From the NCBI RefSeq assembly GCF_002113885.1, contig NW_018408827.1:1-64000 (forward strand): DNA of 64,000 nucleotides, in the 5' to 3' direction. Below, one piece after another: positions 12,360 through 23,859 of this stretch (its first letter is position 1; each line of letters starts with the position of its first letter). The stretch is from Mizuhopecten yessoensis. Lineage: Eukaryota. The position numbers and the translations under genes are program-made. Under the pieces are notes generated by a model that did not search any database, was not told the origin of the DNA, and saw only the letters and a list, made by a program, of their open reading frames with translations.

Positions 12360-15189
12360 GCCTGATTTGAGAACTTGTTGTAAGATATCGTTATGGCTAA
12401 TCTGTGAATTAGAATGTTATTATTTTACGACCAAAAGTGCTACGGCCACTTAGAAAAATATACAAGTCTCAATAGTCTCCTCAGCATTCTAGGACCAAAA
12501 GAAATGTGTTCCTTCTGAGAAATCTTGTTCGTGAAGTTGACGATGCTATTACGTTTCACTTCTTAGTGAAATATGACGTAATTTTTGTTCGACTTTGATT
12601 TAAAACCCAACAGATGTCGCGGAATAAACTAGGTACATACATTTCATCAGACATTGACGTTCTATACATCTAAGGGCATTGCTACCTTTCTGCGTCCTTC
12701 AACTCCTTTTACAAAGAGTTCTAGGTTAAAATAGCTTTGCTCAATAGAAACCCCGACACAAAATGTTACGTACACTTACAACGTAGCTTGTAACATTTCT
12801 GTTTATTGTAAACTTGAGGTAACACATACACATGTCAATGTGACGACAGCTGAAACAAAAAACACTTGAATACACAGCAATGTGTTAGAGAAATGAGATA
12901 TTATGGACATGTCTTGTAAAAAGGGAACAACAGATCATCCTTGACCATTTGAATATTGCAGATTAAATGGACACTCAATAAATTAAAGTCCTACGATTCT
13001 GCAGGGAGACCCTCACCAGTCGCCTCACTATGCGCAGACTCCGTAGCATTATAATACATATGTAGCTATAACGATAAAAAGGGCATTATTTTGAGGCGGT
13101 ATATTTTAAGGGTTGAACATAAACTATACGTTTCACATAATCATTTTCTTGTAATACAGTATAATTCTTCTTATTTTTACGATCAAAAAAGCATAGGTGT
13201 CCGTACAATGTAATTACGTCACAAAATGTGACTTAGATTGATTTGTGATCATCATTTTTGTAATTTTTACTTTGATTCATTGTTTCACGAACGGTTATTT
13301 ATTATATCAAGTTATTCATTTTCTTTTTTCATAATGTTTGCTTTGATTCATTTAGTTTCCAGACATCCAGACAATTAGGTCAATAGATGTGGTAAGATAG
13401 ACAATGAAGTAGGGGGAATAGATACATAGAAAGATAGGTGTGGGGGGGGGGGGGGGGGGAGATACAGATATATATATAATGATTTCATGGTTTGAAAAAG
13501 GGACAGTGGTCCTTACAAAGAAAGAAACCTCTTTTTTCTACAAGAAAATAGGGTAGCACATAGGTCGCCTCATACAGTTATATGTATTTCTGTACCAAGT
13601 ATTGATCTATTGGTGGTAATATACAACAAGTAATTTAGAGAATTAAAAATGGCCAATCTGTTTTACTCGTACTTTTAATCCGGGTTTAGTCGTAAGATGC
13701 CATTATCTTCCCGATATTTTTTTAATTAAAACAGAAATTAGTCGACAAATATTGCCATACTTTCTGCGGCTTATTTCTATATTTTGTTACAGTTTTTTTA
13801 ATTCTATTTCATATATTTGCTTCTCTTACCGTCGGATTCATCTTGTCCATCGTTTGGTTTTTATAGTGCTGGCATCCCACTACAAATATATCAACACGTT
13901 TGTTTCATTTCAAAATATTTTATTAAATCAATCCGATTTAATGGGAATTGGGCAACAGGCATTACGTTTGCACCAGATATCCTGCTTCACTATATATTTA
14001 ACCGGACGGGGCACTATATTATGACTGCGTAGTAACCTTGACTGACATTTTACGGACTTATTTACATTACACGGATTGATTTACAATGTGTTGGCGGTTG
14101 TGAAGTGTTCTGACAAGTTAGAGTGAGGCAATGGTGTTTATCAATAAAGTTGATGGTGTATCGCCAGTGGATACACACACATCTAGAATGTATGTAGGGC
14201 AATGTCTCTATGTGTATTTATAAAGAAACACATCTCCTATTTGCGAAATCATTTTCTATTCTTGTGTAAAAGAAAAGTACTTAAAACAACTCTTAGTCGC
14301 ACACAATATAGGTAAATATGTTGACCGTATTTAACGCAATATTCAACCAGATTTTTAGTTTTATTTCATTTTTGTTTACTATGTATATCTGTCTTATCAA
14401 AAATTTAATAATAATAAGATGTAGGACAAAACTGACAATACTTTTGTATTTTAGATTTAAATGTCAGTTGAGAAGAAAAGATAAGACTTACGATCAAGGA
14501 CATGTCTGAAGTAGATTATCATGTACTGAATGAGGATCCTCGTTAGTCCCACGCTTGTAAGAAACGCGTCAACAACACTGTCAATAACGTTAACCGGTCG
14601 ACCTAGTACCTATAAAGCCTAGAGGCTCAATACCGGTTAATTCGGGAAAAGGTAACATATGTAGTACTTAAAATCTAGCAATTGTAACAAACAATATGAC
14701 TTCAATATTAATTTCTTAGTATTAATTTTAAAGACAAATAAGTGGCGGGTTACGGCAAATATCCGTATCAATTTGAACATAAATGAAACAATTATAAAAC
14801 GTGAAAGTATTGATTTTCAAATTTAAAAATAAAATACGATAACAAGCGTGATTGTGAAAGAGGATAGCAAGCTGCTTTAAATACAGAGGAACTCTTCAAA
14901 ATAGTTCCTTTTATGTACACATCACAAGCTTTAATCTGCAACATATAGGTACAGAATGAAGATAATCTACTTGTGTGCTACATGGTATGCTGTATTTTTT
15001 TAGAATGAGGGTTCTGAACTTTTCAAAGAGATAGCAAAAACGTGTAGGATTGCATTGCTGCAGTCCTGGCAAGAAGTTATCAACGAATGTACCAAGGTTT
15101 GATAGGATACACGGTGATGAATTCTCGATCTCTCCACTGTTCTGGATTCGGTAGGAGCGCCTCCCTTCTGTTTCATAATTAGTTTAAAC

Positions 15190-15680
15190 TAGTTTGGAAT
15201 TCCGCCGTTTTCGTCTCTAGCATCACCGATGAGTCCTAGATGGACGAAACAGCTGTATGATGCAGTTACATTTTTTGAGTTTCATTTTTGACATACTGTA
15301 TCTGTTATCAAATCATTAAAGATGCTGTCACTCGTGGACTTGTTACATTCATCTTTAAAGATTCAGTGTCGTAAGCTTTGCTGGTGGATATTGTCGTAAG
15401 TCACAGTAATATCTTTTGGTAAGTGACAAGGTTCATACTACAACACTTTAGTCATTTTATTATTTGAAATTTATCAATGCATGTCTAGGCTTTAACATTC
15501 ATTTACACAATCGGGTTTTACAAACCTCCCCTTTTCTTTCAGCATTGGTTTAGACCCATTCGGATTTTAAACGTTTTGGCCCCTAGCATCATCGCCGAAA
15601 CCCAGAGGGCTAAAATAGAAGTACGGCGTAGTGTTATTCATTTCTTTAATACTGTATCTGTAATCAAGTTGCATTAACCT
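15190..15680 (+). mobile_element. Tandem ~365-bp pseudo-LTR-like unit of a Penelope-like element/retrozyme (about 1.3 copies)
   Basis: CGTTTT..CTAGCATCA at ~15206-15225 and ~15572-15591. Each is followed by ATACTGTATCTGT(T/A)ATCAA (15293 and 15649). The first copy carries the hammerhead; the second is decayed. Confidence 0.55.
15220..15263 (+). ncRNA. Minimal type I hammerhead ribozyme motif (Penelope/retrozyme type; U4C core variant)
   Basis: Stem I GCATCA (15220-25) / TGATGC (15258-63); core CCGATGA; stem II GTCC-TAGAT-GGAC; GAAA; palindromic stem III ACAGCTGT; GTA cleavage triplet, cut after 15257. Confidence 0.75.
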
Positions 15681-16109
15681 TTGTTTGTGTTGTGTCCATC
15701 TTTGAAATTATGTAAACCTGTTTACAATGGTCACAGAACAATGTTTGCCGCAGGCATAGGAGCTTTAGAGTGTGTCATATGTATATAGTCACTAAGTACG
15801 TGGACCTAGCAATGATCCATGAAAACTGCAACACTTAGGGTTTTATTCAGATGTGATTATTATTTCTACGGCCAAAAATTAATCTGTCACTCAAATATAA
15901 GTGTATTCTCTATAACAGTAATCCAGGTATTTGATGGTATGCCGAAGGCACACTGTGCTGCACTTAGTTCCTAGGCGTTAGCTATTTCATTGTTGGTACG
16001 AGAGAGGGCATTGCGATAGTGTTCCCAATAGGCAACTGAGAGGCTGGCATAGAAACTGCTGGTATAAAGATGCACCACTTTTGCTGATTATAGCTCAATG
16101 AGAAAAATA

Positions 16110-17327
16110 TGGTAGCCAGTTTACCAGAGGTGTCTGATAACATCACAACATTGGTAGAAACTGGTTTATCAGAAGTGTCTCTGAAAACATCACCACATTG
16201 GTAGAAACCGGTTTTGTAGAGGTGTCTCTGAAAACATCACCACATTGATAGTTACTGGTTTACCAGAGGTGTCTCTGAAATATCACCACATTGGTAAAAA
16301 CCGGTTAACCAGAGATGTCTCTGAAAACAACAACACACTGGTAAAAACGAGTTCATTAGAGGTGTCTCTGAAAACATCACCACATTGGTAGAAACCAGTT
16401 TACCAGAGGTGTCGCTGAAAACATCAACACACTGGTAGAAACCGGTTTACCAGGTGTGTCTCTGAAAACATCACCACACTGGTAGAAACCGGTTTAAGAA
16501 GTTTCTCTGAAAATATCACCACATTGGTAGAAACTGGTTTATCAGAAGTGTCTCTGAAAACATCACCACATTGGTAGAAACCGGTTTTGTAGAGGTGTCT
16601 CTGAAAACATCACCACATTGATAGTTACTGGTTTACCAGAGGTGTCTCTGAAAACATCAACACATTGGTAAAAACGAGTTCATTAGAGGTGTTTCTGAAA
16701 ACATCACCACATTGGTAGAAACCAGTTTACCAGAGGTGTCTCTGAAAACATCACCGCATTAGTAGAAACCGGTTTAAAAAATGTCTCTGAAAATATCACC
16801 ACATTGGTAGAAACTGGTTTATTAAAAGTGCCTTTAATAACATCACCACATTGGTAGAAACCGGTTTTTTAGAGGTGTCTCTGAAAACATTACCACATTG
16901 ATAGTTACTGGTTTACCAGAGGTGTCTCTGAAACATCACCACATTGGTAGTAACTGGTTTACCAGATGTGTCTCTGAAAACATCACCACATAGGTAAAAA
17001 CCGGTTTAACAGGGGTGTCTCTGAAACCATTACCACATTGGTGGAAACAGGTTTACCAGGTGTGTCTCTGAAAACATCACCACATTGATAGTAATCGGTT
17101 TAAGAAGTGTCTCTGAAAACATCACCACAATGGTAAAAACCGATTTACCTGAGGTGTCTCTGAAAACATCACCACATTGGTAGAAACTGGTTTATCAGAG
17201 GTGTCTGATAATATCACCACATTGGAAGAAACCGGTTTTTAAGAGGGGTCCCTGAAAACATCACCACATTGGTAGAAACTGGTTTATCAGAGGTGTCTCT
17301 GAAATAACACCACATTGGTAGAAACCG
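16110..17327. repeat. 47-bp minisatellite, ~26 copies, with higher-order structure
   Basis: Consensus GTAGAAACCGGTTTACCAGAGGTGTCTCTGAAAACATCACCACATTG. Diagnostic variant series recur from ~16154, ~16527 and ~16807. Confidence 0.95.
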
Positions 17328-17816
17328 AATAGGGGTCCAAGGTATTGCAATGATGTTAGCAGTTGGCATTTCATCTCTTCCGATTTGACCCTATACTAAG
17401 ACACTGAAGGACTATATATCAGCCGTCTATTTCAATCCTGCGTGTCAATTGTTTTACAGATTCTAACCAGTAAGTTAGTTTTGGGTGGAAGCCGTAATGA
17501 GATTACTGGAGTGCCCATCCTCTTTTCTAAACGTCATTCTTCTGGTTGATAAATACTTGTGTTGACGTTAACCAATGTAATATAATAAGGTGTAATTTTC
17601 AAAATATATAATGAAAGCAGTATCTCTTTATACGTGTACCGTGTGGAGCCTAAAAAGAAATGGGAGCGATGCTAACCTACTTTATAGCATTAATGTGTCA
17701 ATCATGGGTAAGGATCAATGGCCAGACAGTTTGATCTAGCTGTTATATGAACCCGTTTCTTTCGAGCGTAATCAACTTCATATGTATCCAAAAAAGAACA
17801 AGGAAACACTACATTT

Positions 17817-17817
<1 letters not shown>

Positions 17818-17849
<32 letters not shown>
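17818..17849. repeat. Poly-G tract (~32 nt)
   Basis: Uninterrupted G run; shorter runs at ~13442-13459 and ~24479-24491. Confidence 0.9.
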
Positions 17850-17850
<1 letters not shown>

Positions 17851-18864
17851 GTTCTGGCAAAATTTCAATATTTCTTTGCTTATTATTCCGTGATGATCTT
17901 TCTGAATCACTGTGTAATCAGAAATTCGTATCGATTTTCGCAATTATAGTAATGCGATCGACTGCTTTTTTATGTTAAACTGACAAATCATTTTTAAAGA
18001 GGTTATTTACCTTTACATACTTTTCAATGGCCTAGGCTTCAGACGTCCCGTTTTTATGACTTACCTTACTCCTTTATATACATGTATAAGGGAAAACTAT
18101 CTGGAAATACGGTTTGCATTAACGTTAGACAAATTAAACATATGAAAATAAGATTTTTCAGTGAATAAGTCAATACGATTTCAATTCAGAATATTTATAC
18201 AACTTCATCAAGTTTATGGCTTATTAAGCAAACGCAAAGTATCATTATTTGATTATGAAGCTCTGCGTTTTCAGTGCAGAGACTACTAAGTCAAACTGGA
18301 TGCCTGTCTCCTTTAGTTTAAATGACTATTTAATATATGTAATCTTCATATTATCCTATATCCTATAGCATATTCGCTAAAGTCTCATGATCACACAGTG
18401 TAAAATACCGCCAATAAGAGAATACTATTTTTGATATAACATATTGACTAAGAGAAGTGTGAACAAGGAATGTAATTTGTTTTGAAGGTGTTATTTTACA
18501 AAGTCTTTAAACATTTCTGATACATATATTGGAATACTCTTTAGTTTTGCAAGCAACAGCTACACCATTACTCTATTTTGAGCCACTTTCTCTCAGCATG
18601 ACTATTATTATATTAGACTAAACTTAATAGTGATATGTCTTTTGGTGAGGAATAGAACAACAGAGTTTTATACGAAATATAATGCAAACTTTTAAGAGGG
18701 AGCCATATTTAAATAAACCCTTTTCTGTTTTGCTGTCGGTTCTCAGTAAGTAATTAAAATTTATATTGGGAGCAAACCCTTGAACACCGAACCGACTGAG
18801 ACATGTAAACACCGTAGTCGAGGGAAGTTTGATTCCATGTTTAGGAAAGCCTAAAGCGGTCAAT

Positions 18865-19545
18865 ATATTTATTGTTATTCAAAGACAACATATCTTTAAT
18901 ATTCATGTCAAAAACTAAACTGAATGACTTGAAAGGACTGTGTTACCAATCCTGATAGCTTCTTCGATAAATTCAGCATCAAATGAAAACAAAATCAAGT
19001 CGACAAAAAAGAGAAAGAGTTTGTCCCGATAGTTTGATGGAATATCTTCCCAAAGAACTTAACGAAGATTTTGTCAGTCAACAGAGAAAAACATTTTTCA
19101 CGATTTTTTTTCTTAACAAATTTCTGAAAGGGCTTCGTCTGGATTTTCAAAGAATACAAATTATGCTCTAAAAACGTTTACAACACTAAAGTTATATCGC
19201 TTTCCGCTTTTCTTAGAAAAGAAGTTCACATAATAAGAGAAAAGGCATTATTTTCGGTTTGGTATGTTATATGTTAGTGTCTAGAATTGAAGTGAAACAC
19301 TTTTGAGGAGAGGAAGCTCAAAGATGTTTAAATATCTTTTGTGTTTTTCTAAATCCACAATACATTTCTGAGTGTAGTGTCACATCACGACTGTAACCCT
19401 GATTTATAGGTAAATGTAATGAGAATGATAGTAAAATAATGTTGACGGCCTTGGTGAACACATAGCAGAGCAAGTGATCAAGAAACGTTGTACAGTCATA
19501 GTTTGCTTTATTGCAAGTCTAATGAAGTAAGGGAAATATACCACT
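18865..19545 (-). mobile_element. Heavily decayed Penelope-like reverse transcriptase relic
   Basis: Minus-strand fragments appear in the expected order: QRFLITCSAMCSPRPS (~QRYIAGS.KCSTKPLS), YSRD, LWI*KNTKDI (~MWILKNSKDL), SILDTNI*HTKPK (~STLYT.IPH.KLK), IFHQTIG..TN...VDLILFSFDAEFI (~FQQ.VGIPMGTNCAP.LADLFLYSYEAEFI), NIKDMLSLNN (~YIDDVLSLNN). Many stops and frameshifts; reference motifs are from memory. Confidence 0.7.
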
Positions 19546-22150
19546 ATAAAACTGTAACTAATTAATTCGTTGAAGGAAATATGAAATTGTCATTAAATGC
19601 TATTTATAACTAAGTTTGTAAGTAATAGACCTTTCAAAGAATAGCTGAATCTATATAATCCATAGTTTATAATAAAATGGCCTAACTGATGAGTTGAGAA
19701 AATGTATTACAATATATAATTACATACTACGGACGAATATAAAAACTTCAAAACATTTAATTGTAGGAATTTTACCATTAAACATGATATGCCGAATATA
19801 ATTGCTTTTCTATCTTTAAATCACATAAAACATTAAAGTACATCGACCATTTCAAGGTTAAAATGAGAACGTTTTAACTTCGCTTTAGAAAGCACCTACA
19901 CATAGTTTCAATAAACAGAGATCGAAATGTGCATGACGTCTTCTAGAGGGCTTGTCTTTTTTCAATACGCAGTTGAATGGAATGTGATGCGGTAACATCG
20001 GTTATAAAGCCTGTATATGTGTGTCAGCGGGACACGTTGCCTAGTTAGAGGTTATTCACTTCCCGCGTGACCTTTCGATGACCTGATATATCGATTCGAG
20101 CAGTTTAACGCCTAGTTCACTTAATATTGCATCCTACTGAATAAAATATTTAAGGATGTATGTTAACATACTGATATTTCATCTCCTTTCAAGGAGATTT
20201 CCACAATATGAAGCATGTAAACCATCCTTGTGTATCGTAGATTGATGTTGTTAATTAGTTTCTTGTGTTTCAAGGTTACCTAATGCAATAAGGTCACGGA
20301 GCCCGAAGATGATCAAGCCACTACACGGTCATTTTAAAGTACAGGTATCACCTTACTGGACATGCAATAAGGTCACGTTATTCTGCCAATAACGAGGGAG
20401 AAGGGCAGCAAATGATCTGTTTGTCTCTTAACTGGTTTAGATAAGATAACCTTAACCCATTGAAAAGATATATATTGAAATACTCTCAAATATTAGATAA
20501 TACGAATTAAACGGTTTTAATAGAGCCACTCCTACACAAATTACATACAACGTCCGGGAATATATCCCCATATTTATTCTTATTATTTGTTTATAAAATG
20601 ACAGAAAACGATTCAAGATCCCATACGTATTAATCCTTCAATTAACGATAAAGAAATAGTCCTTGGATTGTATTAACGAAAATGTGTTCATGCCCTTTTT
20701 TTTTTTATTTCAGTTATCAATTAATTACATTTATAACAATTTACATTTAATGAACAATTTGGGAAAATGTTGGAAAGACTGTATCCGGTTTTCGATGTTT
20801 ACACTTGACTTTTGGGCTCTGTCTCATGATTTAAGCGTGTTACAAAAAGGTTATTTTGAGCATAGAATCCAAGATTATTCAAAAATTGGTTTCAATAGAA
20901 GGAAGAGAACTTTAATTCCTTTTCCGACACAGTAAACTTTAAATGCCTCAACTATTTTCCATTAGTAGGCAAATAACTGTTAACGATTCATGTTATTAAC
21001 TTCAGTTGTTGGAGTTGATGATGTCTTTAAATTCCTGTTGTTTCAGTGGGGTTTTTTCGCTCCCTTTTTTAACATTGACTTTCGGTTCTGATTTGGTAAT
21101 AGTGTACTGAAGTTGTGGTATTTAAATTCGGTTTCATATTTCAAAGTGAATAAGTTTCTAGTGAAAGGTGAAAATGGTTATAGATGAAATGACCTCAGAA
21201 TTTGACCCTACATGTTAGCAGCGAAAAGGTGTACCAGCGCCTGACATTTCCGCTTGTTTCGTCATCGTTCTTGATAACAAAGATACCACCCGAAGAGACA
21301 TTTAAGATAAACGGATCCTACGCTTGTGTAAATAGGTGTAAACGTATTATATTTCAAAGGCAAGCCATACCATAGAAGTGACACAACGGAGATATCCATC
21401 TCTTTAATAATGCGTTTACCTCTTGTGATATCCTGAAAGCAATGCCCCAACACATAACCGCTAACCTATCATTATTCCAATGTGGCAATGATAACGTTAA
21501 TTTATTGCTTTAAAAATAAATGAGAAAAACACCAATTTCCATAACAGCCATATTGCTCATCATTTGACCCTGTATTAAGGAATACATATTCAAATATACG
21601 TCGAAAACAAATGGTGTTTGAAGGGGTAAGGAGTGGGATGGGATCTACATTTATAATTTAACCACATATATCACCAGTAGAAGATTTTATCATAATTATA
21701 GGCATAATTTCAATATTTCCAAGGTTTACATGAAGTAATGTAAAAGTTCTTTTCAAATGCAATACGACTGGAACTTTCTGACCATTTTCTCTTTCAATTA
21801 TTGCTTTAAAAAGGATTTATAGTAACACGACTTCTAACTTTTACCGTTTTGTTCTGGATAGTCTCTTTCTATTACTTTCAAATTGAAATTCCACCTCTTA
21901 TGTCGGTGTTGCAAAGCAAGTTTCTGTTTTTAGTTGAGCTATATTCTATGGTCCTGTACTTGTTTGCCGAGCACATGTCAATTTACTTTTTAGGTTGAGG
22001 AATTCATTCTAGTTTATGTTGTGTTCTTAGTTGAGGAAAACTTGCTAGTTTTTATTGTAAAAGTTATGGAATACGTTCTTATATTTTTATTCTCTTCATT
22101 TTGTTGTTGTTGGGGAATACGTGTATTTTCTCGTTTCTGTACTATATTCT

Positions 22151-22734
22151 TAGTTCAGTGATACATTATATCTAATCTTTTGTTACTAGTTCAGTGATAC
22201 ATTATATCTAATCTTTTGTTACTAGTTCAGTGATACATTATATCTAATCTTTTGTTACTAGTTCAGTGATACATTATATCTAATCTTTTGTTACTAGTTC
22301 AGTGATACATTATATCTAATCTTTTGTTACTAGTTCAGTGATACATTATATCTAATCTTTTGTTACTAGTTCAGTGATACATTATATCTAATCTTTTGTT
22401 ACTAGTTCAGTGATACATTATATCTAATCTTTTGTTACTAGTTCAGTGATACATTATATCTAATCTTTTGTTACTAGTTCAGTGATACATTATATCTAAT
22501 CTTTTGTTACTAGTTCAGTGATACATTATATCTAATCTTTTGTTACTAGTTCAGTGATACATTATATCTAATCTTTTGTTACTAGTTCAGTGATACATTA
22601 TATCTAATCTTTTGTTACTAGTTCAGTGATACATTATATCTAATCTTTTGTTACTAGTTCAGTGATACATTATATCTAATCTTTTGTTACTAGTTCAGTG
22701 ATACATTATATCTAATCTTTTGTTACTAGTTCAG
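22151..22734. repeat. Perfect 36-bp tandem array (16 identical copies plus a partial) within older degenerate copies
   Basis: TAGTTCAGTGATACATTATATCTAATCTTTTGTTAC repeated with no visible variant. Related diverged units (TAGTTGAGGAA...) at ~21930-22150 and ~22727-22830. Confidence 0.97.
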
Positions 22735-23624
22735 GAATACGTTCTACTCCGTGTTATGTTTATAGTTGATGAATACATTATAGTTTTTGTTCTGCTCACA
22801 ACTGATAAAAAAATTAGTTAGTGTTCTGTTTTAGAAAGTCATTGTAATGTTGGTTTAGTTCTGGGTCTAAAAATACTATCCATCGATACATTAGTATATA
22901 TCTGTTTCCTGTGTGTCTGCAAATGACTTAATTTTTATAATAATTACGGATAGGAACATAAGATACGATAGAGAGAAAATGTGTATCTCTTCATGTATCT
23001 ATCTATGTCCGTAAAGGAAATGATTATAAATAATTCATAATCAAGCTACCTCTAATGTTTTACATTTATCTGGAAATTCATATTCACGGAAAACCTTTGA
23101 ATATTAAATAACTTTGAAAACAGTTTAATAAAAGCAGTAAAACTATAATGCCTGACAAAGTATATATGTATCCCTGATATTCGTTTTAACTAATACTGTA
23201 ACATCTTTCGATAATACAATCCGCGTTGGTGTTGCATCCATCCGTGCTAGCACACGAAGTTGATGTGCTGTTTTATTTCACTACCATTGTCTAGAAGTCA
23301 AGCAGGACTACGTACGTGTACGGTTATATTGGCGTACCTACTCTGGATAAGCTCGCCAGTAAAATGACGAGTACCATACTATCGGTTGTTTTCTCCTGTG
23401 ATATACACAGTGTGCTAGAAAAGATCGAGTCACGCACGTGGTGGTAGCTACTTTATGAGTATGAATATATATGCTTATTTACAATTAGATAGTTGGACCA
23501 ATTGTAGGCAAGAGTATCGGTTTGACGTAGCGGGCACACGAAACAGCGCTAATGGCCTATTCATTCTGACGTTTATTAACATACCTCTATGTTAATAAAT
23601 GAAATAGCCTACTGATTCCAGCGG

Positions 23625-23631
23625 TATAAAT
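23625..23631 (+). promoter_or_regulatory. Candidate TATA box for the serine protease gene
   Basis: GCGG-TATAAAT-ACCC, ~118 nt upstream of the putative exon 1 ATG. Confidence 0.4.
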
Positions 23632-23742
23632 ACCCAATCCCATAGGCCCTTAGCACTATACTACGAAAGGGCATTTTATCAATGCACACGAACATTACGA
23701 GAGCACCTGTGTTGTACAGAATCAAGCTGTTGATATTTATAT

Positions 23743-23859
23743 ATGAAATACGTATCGCTTCCTATTATGTTCCGTGGGTCACACACGAGGCCTAGCTCGC
23801 GGAAGGCAGAAGTACTTCTGGCTGTACAGGTGTGTTTAACGATGATGTCTACAGCACAG
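23743..23859 (+). CDS. TSP1-serine protease, probable exon 1 (signal peptide)
   Basis: MKYVSLPIMFRGSHTRPSSRKAEVLLAVQVCLTMMSTAQ ends at a consensus donor CAG|GTAAGT in phase 0, matching the phase-0 acceptor at 44059. Basic n-region plus hydrophobic stretch. The start could instead be the second Met (23767). Not in the ORF track. Confidence 0.6.

Noticed and set aside
190-14509. Short 60-126-aa ORFs in the 5' region, and similar ones elsewhere
   Set aside because: No recognisable domains, many non-ATG starts, no consistent splice structure; expected by chance in AT-rich repeat DNA.
17818-17849. Poly-G tracts as functional G-quadruplexes
   Set aside because: Homopolymer lengths are unreliable and nothing in the context supports a function.
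19686-19710. CTGATGA...GAAA as a second hammerhead
   Set aside because: No stem II or stem I pairing. Other CTGA(T/A)GA hits checked by eye also lacked the fold.
21230-21480. Possible further Penelope C-terminal relic
   Set aside because: Similarity too faint to support without an alignment.
22151-22734. 36-bp repeats resembling a CRISPR array in unit length
   Set aside because: Units are head-to-tail with no spacers, there are no cas genes, and the context is eukaryotic.
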